Positions 19,514 to 28,806 of a DNA stretch of 64,000 nucleotides are shown piece after piece; positions within the stretch are counted from its first letter, which is position 1, and every line of letters begins with the position of its first letter. Source of the DNA: an uncultured Pseudomonadota bacterium (GTDB taxonomy: Bacteria > Pseudomonadota > Alphaproteobacteria > Rhizobiales > Xanthobacteraceae). Below the pieces are notes generated by a model. The model did no database searches. It was not told the origin of the DNA and saw nothing but the letters and a program-made list of their open reading frames with translations. The position numbers were made by a program, and so were the translations under genes. The stretch is taken from positions 79,060 through 143,059 of the forward strand of contig CAVPDI010000028.1 in the NCBI GenBank assembly GCA_963702605.1. Direction: 5' to 3'.

Positions 19514-20665
19514 TCAGGACGCCCGCATCGGGCTTTCTTGTGCGCGAATCTGCTGTGCCAATTCCTGGAAATCCGCCAACGCAGAATGACGCTCATTGTA
19601 GAACCGAACCAGCCGCTGCGCTGTCGCAGTCTGCAGGCGCTCGAAGTTGCGGTGGGCGGTTTCAATGGACTGGGGTGAAAAACGGAAAACCTTCCGCCGT
19701 AAGATGCATATTTGTTTGGTTGTTGGCCACGATAGGCCGGCGGCCTTTGCCAAGATGAGCGCAAAATCGTTTTCCGGGCGTGCGTCGTTCATGACGCGCT
19801 CGACGAGCTTAAGCGGTGTGCGGCACAGCGCAGATAGTGCTGCGACCGTCTCTTCGAATTTACCGTTTGCGGCATACTCGCGCACGACTGGATCGACTGG
19901 CGCGCCCGAGCGCCTGACGATATCGAATTGCGCCGCGGCTTCATGGTAGTCGCGATTGGCCTTCTGCTGGCCGGCGGAATCTTGGCCGGTGATGTCAGAA
20001 AGTACCCTATGGACTTCGTAAACTGCATTGGGATTGCTGGCCGTGAGTTTCTCAAACACGACTTCGGAGGCCTTTGCGATAAGTGCATTGAAGTGCTCTT
20101 GCGGAATGTCCTTGCGCATGGAGACGCAAATCGCGAGCACTTCGTCATTGATGGATCTGTCAACCAGCTTGGTATAGCCGGCATCGGAGAAACGGGCGCC
20201 CTCGTTTTGGGTGATCGAAAGGACTACGTCGCGATTGCCGTGCGTCACCAGCGCGTCGCTGACTTTCTCGCTGAGAGTCGAGCGTTTTGAAATCGCGAGC
20301 AGCCGATCCTGCCTGTTGACGCCTGCGATCGCAAGCAAGTCTTCGTCGGAAAGCCTGTTCGATTGGCTTAGGATGGGGCCCGCCACGTCAATCGATTCAT
20401 CGTGTGCGAGCTTGCGCACCGTCCTTGGCGGCGCATTTGGCGCGGGTGCGAGGCGCTGTGCAAGCTCGGCTCTCGCCTTGATTTCGATCTTTTCAGCGAT
20501 GCGCGAAATGACGCCGTCAAAGAGATCGACATGCTCGTCGGAATAATTTTCGGCGCCCGCCAGAAACAGGTCGGTGACACGGCGGAGGATTTCCGCCTGC
20601 TTGTCGGCCGATCCCGATGCGAAAGTGCCTTCAATCTCGGAAATGATCGACCGCTCTTCCATCAC
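19514..20665 (-). CDS. DUF2336 family protein
   Basis: LRRVTDLF, ARAELAQRLA, LAHDESIDVAGPILSQS, NEGARFS, AGLSW. Confidence 0.9.
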   Translation of the reverse strand: MMEERSIISEIEGTFASGSADKQAEILRRVTDLFLAGAENYSDEHVDLFDGVISRIAEKIEIKARAELAQRLAPAPNAPPRTVRKLAHDESIDVAGPILSQSNRLSDEDLLAIAGVNRQDRLLAISKRSTLSEKVSDALVTHGNRDVVLSITQNEGARFSDAGYTKLVDRSINDEVLAICVSMRKDIPQEHFNALIAKASEVVFEKLTASNPNAVYEVHRVLSDITGQDSAGQQKANRDYHEAAAQFDIVRRSGAPVDPVVREYAANGKFEETVAALSALCRTPLKLVERVMNDARPENDFALILAKAAGLSWPTTKQICILRRKVFRFSPQSIETAHRNFERLQTATAQRLVRFYNERHSALADFQELAQQIRAQESPMRAS

Positions 20666-20839
20666 GGCGTCTGTCGTCCCGGCAATGTGAACGCGGCTAT
20701 CTCTAGCGGCAGGTCATTACCATCGCGTTAGGCGAAAAGCGGGCATTCGCGGTAACCGTGTCTGGCTGCGCTACGTCGGAATCTAGAGGTGATTTCGCGG
20801 AATTACGGTTAAGGGGTCGTAAGGTTTAGCGCGGCGAAA

Positions 20840-21511
20840 TCAGAAGCGCGGCTGTGCAAAAAGCTGCGTGTAGTCTTCCGCAGCCACCTGCGCGAATTTT
20901 CCCGTGACGGGATCGCGCACGGACAACTGGCCGGTCGCAACGCCGAAATAGGCGCCGTACAACACGATATCGCCACGCTCGACCATCGCGCGGAGACGCG
21001 GAAACGTCATGAGATTGTCGAGGCTGAGCGCGACGTTTTCCTGCTCGAGCAAAGCCAAATACTCTCCCATCGACCGGTTGCCGCGTGGGCCGATTTTTTC
21101 AGCCGCCGGCGCCATCAGTTTCATCCAGTTGCCGATGAAATCGCCAGGTGTCAGGGGTTCGGCGTCCTCCGCAAATGCACGGACCCCACCGCACTGCGCG
21201 TGACCCAGTACGACGATATGCCTGACCTTCAGCGCCATGACGCCGAACTCGAGCGCTGCCGAAACACCATGTGCCTGCTTGTCGGGTGCATAAGGCGGAA
21301 CCAGGTTGGCGATATTGCGGACTACGAAAAGTTCGCCGGGCCGCGCATTGAAAATGACTTCGGGTGAGCAGCGCGAATCGCAACAACCGATCACCATGAC
21401 GTCCGGGGACTGGCCGCTTTGCGCAAGCTCACGATAGCGATCCTGCTCTGCGCGCAGCCGGCCGTGCAGGAAAGCGCGGTAGCCGTTGATTAATTGCTCG
21501 GGAAAAGTCAC
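20840..21511 (-). CDS. Beta-class carbonic anhydrase
   Basis: GCCDSR, FVVRNIAN and GHAQCGG zinc ligands; GTG start inferred. Confidence 0.93.
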   Translation of the reverse strand: MTFPEQLINGYRAFLHGRLRAEQDRYRELAQSGQSPDVMVIGCCDSRCSPEVIFNARPGELFVVRNIANLVPPYAPDKQAHGVSAALEFGVMALKVRHIVVLGHAQCGGVRAFAEDAEPLTPGDFIGNWMKLMAPAAEKIGPRGNRSMGEYLALLEQENVALSLDNLMTFPRLRAMVERGDIVLYGAYFGVATGQLSVRDPVTGKFAQVAAEDYTQLFAQPRF

Positions 21512-21645
21512 GCAGCTCACCAAATCGCAACTCGCAGAATCACACAATCACGTCATCATTGCTTCTGGCAAGCCGGCACAATGCGGGAGTAGCAAGGTAG
21601 GCGCATCAACGCTAGGTTTGTACGTTCCGTTACGGAGATCGATCG

Positions 21646-22524
21646 ATGACCGTCCATCCGCGTCGCAGCGTACTCTATATGCCCGGTTCCAACGCCAGGG
21701 CGATCGAGAAAGCAAGGACACTGCCCACGGATGGCGTGATTCTCGATCTTGAGGATTCGGTGGCGCCCGAAGGCAAGGAGGCAGCGCGTCAACAGGTGAC
21801 CGATGCGGTTAAAGCGGGTGGCTTCGGCGGCCGCGAACTGTTCATCCGCGTCAATGGCGTCGATACGCCGTGGCATGCCGACGATCTTTCGGCTGCCGCT
21901 CACGCAGGGCCTGACGCCATTCTGGTGCCGAAAGTATCGAGCGCGGACACGCTGGAACTGATCGGCCGCCGTCTGCTCGATATGGGGACAAATCACAAGA
22001 CGCGAGTTTGGGCGATGATCGAAACGCCGCTTGCGATCTTCAATATTCTCTCCATTGCTGCGGCCGCGCGCGATTCCGAGACACGCCTGTCCGGCCTTGT
22101 GATGGGGACCAACGATCTCGCCAAGGATACGCGGGCGCGTCTGGTGCCGGGGCGAGCGCCGATGCTGCCGTGGCTTTCCATGTGTGTTGCTGCAGCCCGT
22201 ATTCATTCAATCGATATCCTCGATGGCGTGTACAACGACATCGGCAATGCCGAAGGGTTTGTCAGGGAATGTTCGCAAGGCATCGAGCTCGGCTTCGACG
22301 GCAAGACGCTCATTCATCCGAATCAGATCGAGCCGTGCAATAAGGCTTTTTCACCGTCGCGGGCGGAGGTTGAGGAGGCACGCAAGATGATTGCCGTCTT
22401 CGACCTGCCGGAAAACAGGGGCAAGGGCGTGGTATCGATCGACGGTCGTATGATCGAGCGTTTGCATGCCGATATGGCAAGACGGACGGTCGCGATCGCA
22501 GAGGCAATCGCAAGCTGCAACTAG
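21646..22524 (+). CDS. CitE/HpcH-family CoA-ester lyase (malyl-CoA thioesterase/lyase-like)
   Basis: [41 protein letters not shown]. Confidence 0.9.
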   Translation: MTVHPRRSVLYMPGSNARAIEKARTLPTDGVILDLEDSVAPEGKEAARQQVTDAVKAGGFGGRELFIRVNGVDTPWHADDLSAAAHAGPDAILVPKVSSADTLELIGRRLLDMGTNHKTRVWAMIETPLAIFNILSIAAAARDSETRLSGLVMGTNDLAKDTRARLVPGRAPMLPWLSMCVAAARIHSIDILDGVYNDIGNAEGFVRECSQGIELGFDGKTLIHPNQIEPCNKAFSPSRAEVEEARKMIAVFDLPENRGKGVVSIDGRMIERLHADMARRTVAIAEAIASCN

Positions 22525-23126
22525 GCCCACGGGCGCGCGGCGGCAGCTTTCTGCTCGTAGTTTTCAATCTTGCTCTGCTTTTGCTTGGTCAGCCCGATAT
22601 CGTCGAGACCGTTGAGCATGCAGTGTTTGCGGTGAGCGTCAATTTCGAAATGCACCACGCCGCCGTCTGGGCCGCGAATTTCCTGCTTCTCGAGGTCGAC
22701 CGTCAACGTTGCGTTGGCGCCACGATCGGCATCATCGAACAGTTTTTCGAGATCTTCAGGCGATACACGGATCGGCAGCACGCCGTTCTTGAAACAGTTG
22801 TTGTAGAAAATGTCACCGAACGAGGTCGAGATCACGCAACGGATGCCAAAATCCATCAGCGCCCACGGCGCATGTTCGCGCGAGGAACCGCAGCCGAAAT
22901 TGTCACCGGCGACGAGGATCTTGGCTTTGCGATAGGCCGCCTTGTTGAGCACAAAATCCGGATTTTCGCTGCCGTCATCCTTGTAGCGTTGTTCGGAGAA
23001 CAGCCCTTTGCCGAGGCCGGTGCGCTTGATGGTCTTCAGATACTGCTTCGGAATAACCATGTCGGTATCCACATTGATGATACGCAATGGCGCGGCAACG
23101 CCTTCAAGCGTGGTGAATTTCTCCAT
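22521..23126 (-). CDS. leuD: 3-isopropylmalate dehydratase small subunit
   Basis: [36 protein letters not shown]. Confidence 0.97.
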   Translation of the reverse strand: MEKFTTLEGVAAPLRIINVDTDMVIPKQYLKTIKRTGLGKGLFSEQRYKDDGSENPDFVLNKAAYRKAKILVAGDNFGCGSSREHAPWALMDFGIRCVISTSFGDIFYNNCFKNGVLPIRVSPEDLEKLFDDADRGANATLTVDLEKQEIRGPDGGVVHFEIDAHRKHCMLNGLDDIGLTKQKQSKIENYEQKAAAARPWA

Positions 23127-23247
23127 GGCGTCTAAACTCCTGGGCAGCCCGTTTCACATCCGCTTAATAAGGCGTCCGTCGGTCCGGTCAATAGCGGCAC
23201 GCCCTTGCCCAGATATGCGTTAATCGCGGCCCTGAAGTCGCCTGTGA

Positions 23248-23565
23248 TCAGCTGGCTGCACGTTCCTCGCGCTTGAATTTTGATTCCCTGACCAGGTCGC
23301 ATATCTGCACGCTGTATTCGGAATAGTAGATTTCTCGTGCCTTTTTTTGTGCCGCCCGATGCTCAGGGTTCATGCGCCATGCTCGCATCCCTTCCTCGTG
23401 CTCGAATTCGACGATCGTGACCCGTTCGCCGTCGTCGGCGAAGAAGCCCTTGTGCGATATATAGCCCGGCATGGTCACGGCCAGTTCGACCATGCGGTCG
23501 ACGAGGGTGACATATTCCTCGCGCACGCCGGGCATCAGGCGCGATCGAAAAACGGTAACAATCAT
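23248..23565 (-). CDS. Antibiotic biosynthesis monooxygenase (ABM) family protein
   Basis: MIVTVFRSRL..MPGYIS..AWRMNPEHRAAQ; AGGAG RBS. Confidence 0.85.
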   Translation of the reverse strand: MIVTVFRSRLMPGVREEYVTLVDRMVELAVTMPGYISHKGFFADDGERVTIVEFEHEEGMRAWRMNPEHRAAQKKAREIYYSEYSVQICDLVRESKFKREERAAS

Positions 23566-23665
23566 GGCGAATCTCCTTTGAGTCGGATGTTCGCGCAGAC
23601 GGCGCAGTTTCACAAATTCACGCTATGAATAGCCGCTATCGGATTTCGAGATCGGCGTGCGACTT

Positions 23666-24081
23666 CTAGTCGACGCTGGCTTCGATTGCCTCGATATCTT
23701 CGTCCGAAAGGCCGAAATGATGACCGATTTCGTGCACCAGCACGTGGGTGACGATTTCCCCCAGCGTGTTTTCATGCTCAGTCCAATAGTCGAGGATCGG
23801 CCGGCGATAGAGCCAAATCATGTTTGGCATGACCTCGGGGGTCAATTCAGATTGAAACGGCAACCCGACTCCTTGAAACAGTCCGAGCAGATCGAATTCG
23901 CTGCCGAGCCGCATGCTGTCGACAATTTCCTCGGTCGGGAAATCCTCAACGCGAATGACGAGATTCTGGCACAGGTTACGAAATGCGCGGGCAGGCGCCC
24001 GTAGGCCTCGGCCGCGAGGGCGTCGATATCCGATAAAGTCGGCGCGGCGGATCCCCGCCAATTGCCGAATTGGCCAGTCAT
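23666..24081 (-). CDS. Minimal zincin-like metallopeptidase (DUF1025 type); frameshift near 23982
   Basis: APTLSDIDALAAEAYGRLPAHF joins RNLCQNLVIRVEDFP..LLGLFQG..LYRRPIL..HEIGHHFG. Confidence 0.85.
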
Positions 24082-24192
24082 GCCAATCTTGTAAGCGAGG
24101 AACGGACGCCAACCAAGCGGTTGACGGCATGGCTTCCGATGCGCGACGGTTGAGCGTCGCGGCGTGGCGTATGTACTGAGGCGCACATTTCG

Positions 24193-24444
24193 ATGTCGAA
24201 AATTGTAACAAGGTTGGGCTTGATCGGTCTGGTTTTGGCCTTCGTTGGCGGCGTCATGACGCCTGCGTCGTCGTCCGGCGTGGATCTGGCTGCGCAAAAG
24301 AAAAAGCGGCCACACGTGACAATTTATCCGCGCAGCATCTATCCGGGACCGAATGCAAAACGGCAGTGCCGTTCGTGGCTTACGAAGGAATACCGTGTCA
24401 GCGGTCCTGTAGTCGTGCCGCAGATGCGCTGTTGGTGGGAATAG
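24193..24444 (+). CDS. Small secreted hypothetical protein with C-terminal C-x20-C-W
   Basis: Signal peptide; ends YPGP..QCRSWLTKEYRVSGPVVVPQMRCWWE; GAGG RBS. Confidence 0.7.
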   Translation: MSKIVTRLGLIGLVLAFVGGVMTPASSSGVDLAAQKKKRPHVTIYPRSIYPGPNAKRQCRSWLTKEYRVSGPVVVPQMRCWWE

Positions 24445-24505
24445 GGAATTCCCCGCCGCTGGTGTATAGTTATCGCAGTGACGGGGCGGCATCGGAGGTG
24501 AAGCG

Positions 24506-24841
24506 ATGTCTAGGCTCACTAAGCTTTTCGCAAGCGCGGCATTGGTTCTCTGCATTATTGCCTTTGCGCCGGGCAGCGCGGAAGCGCGCTGGCACGGTGG
24601 CTGGCACGGTGGCTGGCACGGTGGCTGGCATGGCGGCTGGCATGGCGGCTGGCATCGTGGTTGGGGTGGTTTCGGCTGGGGTCCGGCTTTTGGCTTCGGC
24701 TGGGGCTATCCCTATGCCTACTACCCGGGACCGTACTATTACGCGGCACCTTACTATGCGCGACCGGCTTGCGGCTGGGCACGCGCGCGTGTGTGGCGAA
24801 ACGGCCATTGGGCACTGCGGCGGACCTGGCGCTGCTGGTGA
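24506..24841 (+). CDS. Secreted Gly/Trp/His/Tyr-rich protein with WHGG repeats and C-terminal C-x20-C-W
   Basis: GGAGG RBS; signal peptide ending AEA; (WHGG)5 WHRG; Tyr/Pro-rich linker. Confidence 0.8.
   Translation: MSRLTKLFASAALVLCIIAFAPGSAEARWHGGWHGGWHGGWHGGWHGGWHRGWGGFGWGPAFGFGWGYPYAYYPGPYYYAAPYYARPACGWARARVWRNGHWALRRTWRCW
24590..24661 (+). repeat. 12-bp coding tandem repeat, 6 units
   Basis: TGGCACGGTGGC x3, TGGCATGGCGGC x2, TGGCATCGTGGT. Confidence 0.9.
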
Positions 24842-24871
24842 TCGCGCAAGGCCTTGTCCGTCACGCGGAAC

Positions 24872-24896
24872 AAAATGCCCCGCTCGCGCGGGGCAT
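24872..24896. terminator. Hairpin terminator between convergent genes (T-tract on the leuC strand)
   Basis: AAAATGCCCCGC-TCGC-GCGGGGCAT. Confidence 0.7.
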
Positions 24897-24907
24897 AATA
24901 GTCCCTG

Positions 24908-26311
24908 TTATTTCCACTTTCTGATGTCGACGAAATGTCCAGTGATCGCCGCCGCGGCAGCCATGGCAGGCGAGACGAGGTGAGTTCGTCCTTTGTAGCC
25001 CTGCCGGCCCTCGAAATTGCGATTTGAAGTTGAAGCACATCGTTCGCCCGGCGCGAGTTTGTCGGGATTCATCGCCAGGCACATCGAGCAGCCGGGCTCA
25101 CGCCAGTCGAAACCCGCAGCCTTGAAGATCTTGTCGAGCCCTTCCGATTCAGCCTGAATTTTTACGAGGCCCGAGCCGGGGACGATCATCGCATTGACGT
25201 TTGCATTCACCCGCTTGCCGTCGACAACGCGTGCGACGTCGCGCAGGTCTTCTATGCGGGCATTGGTGCATGAGCCGATGAACACGCGGTCGAGCCTGAT
25301 GTCGGTGATCTTTTCACCGCCCTTCAATCCCATGTATTCGAGCGAGCGCTCGGCCGCGATGCGCTTCTTCTCATCCTGGATTTCAGATGGCACCGGCACC
25401 TGGCCGGTGATCGAAGTTACCTGCTCCGGGCTCGTGCCCCACGTTACCAGCGGCGGCAGTTTAGCGGCATCGAGCCGGATCTCCCGGTCGAAATGTGCGC
25501 CATCGTCGGAGTGCAAATTTTCCCAATAGCGCATGGCCTGATCCCAGGCGTTGCCCTTCGGCGCTTTCGGCTTGTCTTTCAGGTAGGTGTAGGCTTTCTC
25601 GTCTGGTGCGATAAAGCCGGCTTTGGCGCCAGCTTCCACCGACATATTGCAGACGGTCATGCGTCCCTCGATTGAAATTGATCGGATCGCTTCGCCGGCA
25701 TATTCCAGCGCGTAACCGGTGCCGCCGGCAGTGCCGATTTCGCCGATGATGGCGAGGATGATGTCCTTTGCGGTGACGCCCGGCGGCAATTTTCCGTCGA
25801 CCACCGCCCGCATGTTTTTCGATTTTTTCTGGATCAGCGTCTGCGTCGCCAGCACGTGCTCAACTTCGGTCGTTCCGATGCCGTAAGCGAGCGCACCGAA
25901 TGCGCCGTGCGTCGCGGTGTGGCTGTCGCCACACACGAGCGTGGTGCCGGGCAGCGTGAAACCTTGCTCGGGGCCGATGATGTGGACGATACCTTGCCGC
26001 TTGTCGAACTCATTGAAGTATTCGATACCGAAATCCTTTGCATTCTTCGCAAGCGTGGCGATCTGCTCGGCGCTTTCCGGATCAGGATTCGGCTTGCTGC
26101 GATCGCTGGTCGGCACATTGTGATCGACAACGGCCAGGGTCTTGTCCGGGGCGTGCACTTTGCGTCCGGCGTTACGCAGACCTTCGAATGCCTGCGGCGA
26201 GGTGACTTCGTGCACCAGGTGACGGTCAATATAGATGAGACAGGTTCCATCCGGCTGCTCATCTACCAGGTGGTCGTCCCAGATCTTGTCGTAGAGCGTG
26301 CGTGGTTTCAT
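24908..26311 (-). CDS. leuC: 3-isopropylmalate dehydratase large subunit
   Basis: [57 protein letters not shown]. Confidence 0.98.
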   Translation of the reverse strand: MKPRTLYDKIWDDHLVDEQPDGTCLIYIDRHLVHEVTSPQAFEGLRNAGRKVHAPDKTLAVVDHNVPTSDRSKPNPDPESAEQIATLAKNAKDFGIEYFNEFDKRQGIVHIIGPEQGFTLPGTTLVCGDSHTATHGAFGALAYGIGTTEVEHVLATQTLIQKKSKNMRAVVDGKLPPGVTAKDIILAIIGEIGTAGGTGYALEYAGEAIRSISIEGRMTVCNMSVEAGAKAGFIAPDEKAYTYLKDKPKAPKGNAWDQAMRYWENLHSDDGAHFDREIRLDAAKLPPLVTWGTSPEQVTSITGQVPVPSEIQDEKKRIAAERSLEYMGLKGGEKITDIRLDRVFIGSCTNARIEDLRDVARVVDGKRVNANVNAMIVPGSGLVKIQAESEGLDKIFKAAGFDWREPGCSMCLAMNPDKLAPGERCASTSNRNFEGRQGYKGRTHLVSPAMAAAAAITGHFVDIRKWK

Positions 26312-26377
26312 GATTTTACAAAATGGCTCAGGGTGAATGGGGCAGCGGCTTGCAAACATCCGGCATTGCCGGCGAAA

Positions 26378-26473
26378 TCAAAGCCCCGCCTGCACCGCCG
26401 TCAACCGGCCGAAGAAACGCCACGGCAGCCGCGCGTGGTCGACCAGGACAATTCGCTGAGTTTCGGAAATCAT
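26378..26473 (-). CDS. Putative 31-aa leaderless leader peptide upstream of leuC (MISETQRIVLVDHARLPWRFFGRLTAVQAGL)
   Basis: ATG lies 6 nt downstream of a -10 box; ORF sits between the rplS terminator and leuC. Confidence 0.6.
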   Translation of the reverse strand: MISETQRIVLVDHARLPWRFFGRLTAVQAGL

Positions 26474-26479
26474 GACCGG

Positions 26480-26508
26480 TATATAGCCAATCGGCCGGGC
26501 TTCGACAA
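26480..26508 (-). promoter_or_regulatory. Sigma70-type promoter of the leader ORF/leuC unit
   Basis: TTGTCG-N17-TATATA on the minus strand. Confidence 0.7.
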
Positions 26509-26521
26509 CGAAGCCGGCGGC

Positions 26522-26548
26522 AAAGAAAAAGGGCCGCTGAAGCGGCCC
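26522..26548 (-). terminator. Rho-independent terminator after rplS
   Basis: GGGCCGC-TTCA-GCGGCCC followed by TTTTTCTTT. Confidence 0.85.
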
Positions 26549-26570
26549 ATTGTGTTCCGAACAGGCCCGG

Positions 26571-26960
26571 TTATTCGCTCGCAGCGCCTTCCGCGCCGCC
26601 CGCGATGTGGGCCTCCGAAATACGCGCTTTCTTGCCGCGCAGTCCGCGCAGGTAGTAGAGCTTGGCGCGGCGGACCTTGCCGCGGCGCACGACCTTGATC
26701 GATTCAATCATGGGGGAGTAAAGCGGAAAAACACGTTCAACGCCTTCGCCGTATGAGATTTTGCGTACGGTGAAGTTCTCGTTCAGGCCGCCGCCGGAGC
26801 GGCCGATGCATACACCTTCGTATGCCTGGACGCGCGACTTGTCGCCTTCGACGACTTTGACATTGACGAGGACGGTATCACCCGGCTGAAAGTCCGGAAT
26901 TTCCTTGCCGGCCGAGAGTTTCTCGACCTGCTCTTTTTCGAGCTGCTGGATGATGTTCAT
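26571..26960 (-). CDS. rplS: 50S ribosomal protein L19
   Basis: [32 protein letters not shown]. Confidence 0.98.
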   Translation of the reverse strand: MNIIQQLEKEQVEKLSAGKEIPDFQPGDTVLVNVKVVEGDKSRVQAYEGVCIGRSGGGLNENFTVRKISYGEGVERVFPLYSPMIESIKVVRRGKVRRAKLYYLRGLRGKKARISEAHIAGGAEGAASE

Positions 26961-27054
26961 TGCGAAGTCTCCGTCGGCAGCGCCAGCAACCGGCGCGCGG
27001 TCTTGACCTGGTCTGAATGGGTTGGCGAGCTTGTATTACAAAGCATTCGGCTTG

Positions 27055-27774
27055 TCACCCATTTGATTTCGGCCGGTTTTTAGGTGCTTTACGGGTCTGG
27101 TAGGCCGACCAGAGGTCCGGGCGCCTTGCGGCCGTGAGCCGCTCGGCTTCCGCTTGCCGCCAGGCCTTAACCTTGGCGTGATCTCCGGACGTCAGCACGT
27201 CGGGGATCGGCTCCCCCTCGAAAACGGGCGGCCGGGTATACTGAGGATATTCGAGCAGGCCGTCGGCGAAGCTTTCCTCTGCCGCGGAGGCCTCCTTCCC
27301 CATCACTCCGGGAAGAAGCCGCACGCAGGCGTCCAGCAGCGCGAGCGCGGCAATTTCTCCGCCCGAGAGTACGAAGTCCCCGAGCGATATTTCTTCGAGC
27401 GCGCGTGCTTTTATCAGCCGCTCGTCGACGCCTTCGAAGCGTGCACATACGATTACAGCGCCGGGCCCGTGCGCGAGTTCGGCGACGCGTGATTGCGTCA
27501 GCGGTCGCCCACGCGGGCTCATCAGCAGGCGAGGGCGCTTATCGTGCGGAACAGTATCGAGTGCACGCGCAAGCACATCGGCCTTCATGACCATGCCAGG
27601 CCCACCGCCGGCGGGCGTATCGTCAACCGTCCTGTGCTTGTCGGCCGCGTGCGAGCGGATATCGATCGTATCGAGCGACCAGATACCGGAAGCGAGCGCC
27701 TTACCGGCAAGACTTTGTGCCAGCGTGCCCGGAAACATCTCCGGAAAGATCGTCAATACGCCGGCACGCCACAT
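27055..27774 (-). CDS. trmD: tRNA (guanine-37-N1)-methyltransferase
   Basis: [47 protein letters not shown]. Confidence 0.97.
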   Translation of the reverse strand: MWRAGVLTIFPEMFPGTLAQSLAGKALASGIWSLDTIDIRSHAADKHRTVDDTPAGGGPGMVMKADVLARALDTVPHDKRPRLLMSPRGRPLTQSRVAELAHGPGAVIVCARFEGVDERLIKARALEEISLGDFVLSGGEIAALALLDACVRLLPGVMGKEASAAEESFADGLLEYPQYTRPPVFEGEPIPDVLTSGDHAKVKAWRQAEAERLTAARRPDLWSAYQTRKAPKNRPKSNG

Positions 27775-27776
27775 GA

Positions 27777-28295
27777 TCAGTCGTCCCCGGATTCAATTAC
27801 AGCTGGTGGCACGAGTACGATCTGCTTAGCGTCGAAGTCGATCTTTGGCACAGTGGCGTCGTTAAACGGCAGCATCAATGGCTCGCCACTGCCCACCGGT
27901 GTGATCTCGATGATGTCGCCGGCTCCGAAGTTATGCAGCGCGCGCACGGTGCCGATCTGGATGCCGTCCGGGGTCACTGCATCGAGCCCGATGAGATCGG
28001 CGTGGTAGAAAGTGTCGTCATCCTCGATTGCCGGCAGGCGCGTACGAGGAACGTATAGTTCGAGATTGCGCAAACGTTCGGCCGCGTCCCTGTCGTCAAC
28101 ACCGGCAATGCGGGCGACGAAGTGATCCTTGGCTGGACGCAGCGCCTCTATTTCGAGGCGCTGCTGACCGTCTTGCGTTTCCAGCGGACCGTACTTCGCG
28201 ACTGCGGCCGGATCTTCGGTGAACGACCACAGTTTCACCTCGCCGCGGACACCGTGCGCGGCACCAATGCGGGCAACGCAAATTCGGTCAACCAC
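27777..28295 (-). CDS. rimM: Ribosome maturation factor RimM
   Basis: [25 protein letters not shown]; position between rpsP and trmD. Confidence 0.96.
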   Translation of the reverse strand: MVDRICVARIGAAHGVRGEVKLWSFTEDPAAVAKYGPLETQDGQQRLEIEALRPAKDHFVARIAGVDDRDAAERLRNLELYVPRTRLPAIEDDDTFYHADLIGLDAVTPDGIQIGTVRALHNFGAGDIIEITPVGSGEPLMLPFNDATVPKIDFDAKQIVLVPPAVIESGDD

Positions 28296-28313
28296 AGCGG
28301 CGCGCGGCGAGCT

Positions 28314-28772
28314 TCAGCTCGCCGCCGGCGCTTCGGCCGGCTTCTCTGTTTTGGCCTCGGCTTTGGCTGCCACCTGCTCCGCCGGCTTGGCTGCAGGCTT
28401 GGCTGCCGGTTTGGCGCCGCCTTCGGCCGCGGGCACAGCGCCGGCCGCCTTTGTGGCTTCTTCTTTCGCCTTGCGTTCCTTGCGCGGGATCGCCTTCTCG
28501 GGATTGTTGCGCTTCGGACGCTTCATGATGCCGGCGGCGTCGAGGAAACGCATGACGCGGTCGGACGGTTGCGCACCCTTCTTCATCCAGGCCTGGACTT
28601 TTTCGAGATCAAGCTTGAGACGCTCGGTCTTTTCCTTCGGCAGCAACGGATTGAAGTAGCCGAGCCGCTCGATGAAGCGGCCGTCGCGGGGCGCTCGATT
28701 GTCGGCGACAACGACGTGATACACCGGCCGTTTCTTTGTGCCGGCGCGGGCAAGGCGGATAACGAGAGACAT
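28314..28772 (-). CDS. rpsP: 30S ribosomal protein S16 with Ala/Lys/Pro-rich tail
   Basis: [33 protein letters not shown]. Confidence 0.97.
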   Translation of the reverse strand: MSLVIRLARAGTKKRPVYHVVVADNRAPRDGRFIERLGYFNPLLPKEKTERLKLDLEKVQAWMKKGAQPSDRVMRFLDAAGIMKRPKRNNPEKAIPRKERKAKEEATKAAGAVPAAEGGAKPAAKPAAKPAEQVAAKAEAKTEKPAEAPAAS

Positions 28773-28806
28773 TCTCTATTCCTTTCTCACTACGATTGAA
28801 TGCAGA

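Noticed and set aside
24590-24661. Direct repeats as a possible CRISPR array
   Set aside because: 12-bp contiguous in-frame coding repeats with no spacers and no cas genes.
26378-26473. Classical leucine transcription attenuator
   Set aside because: No tandem Leu codons and no U-tailed terminator between the uORF and leuC; kept instead as a non-classical leader candidate.
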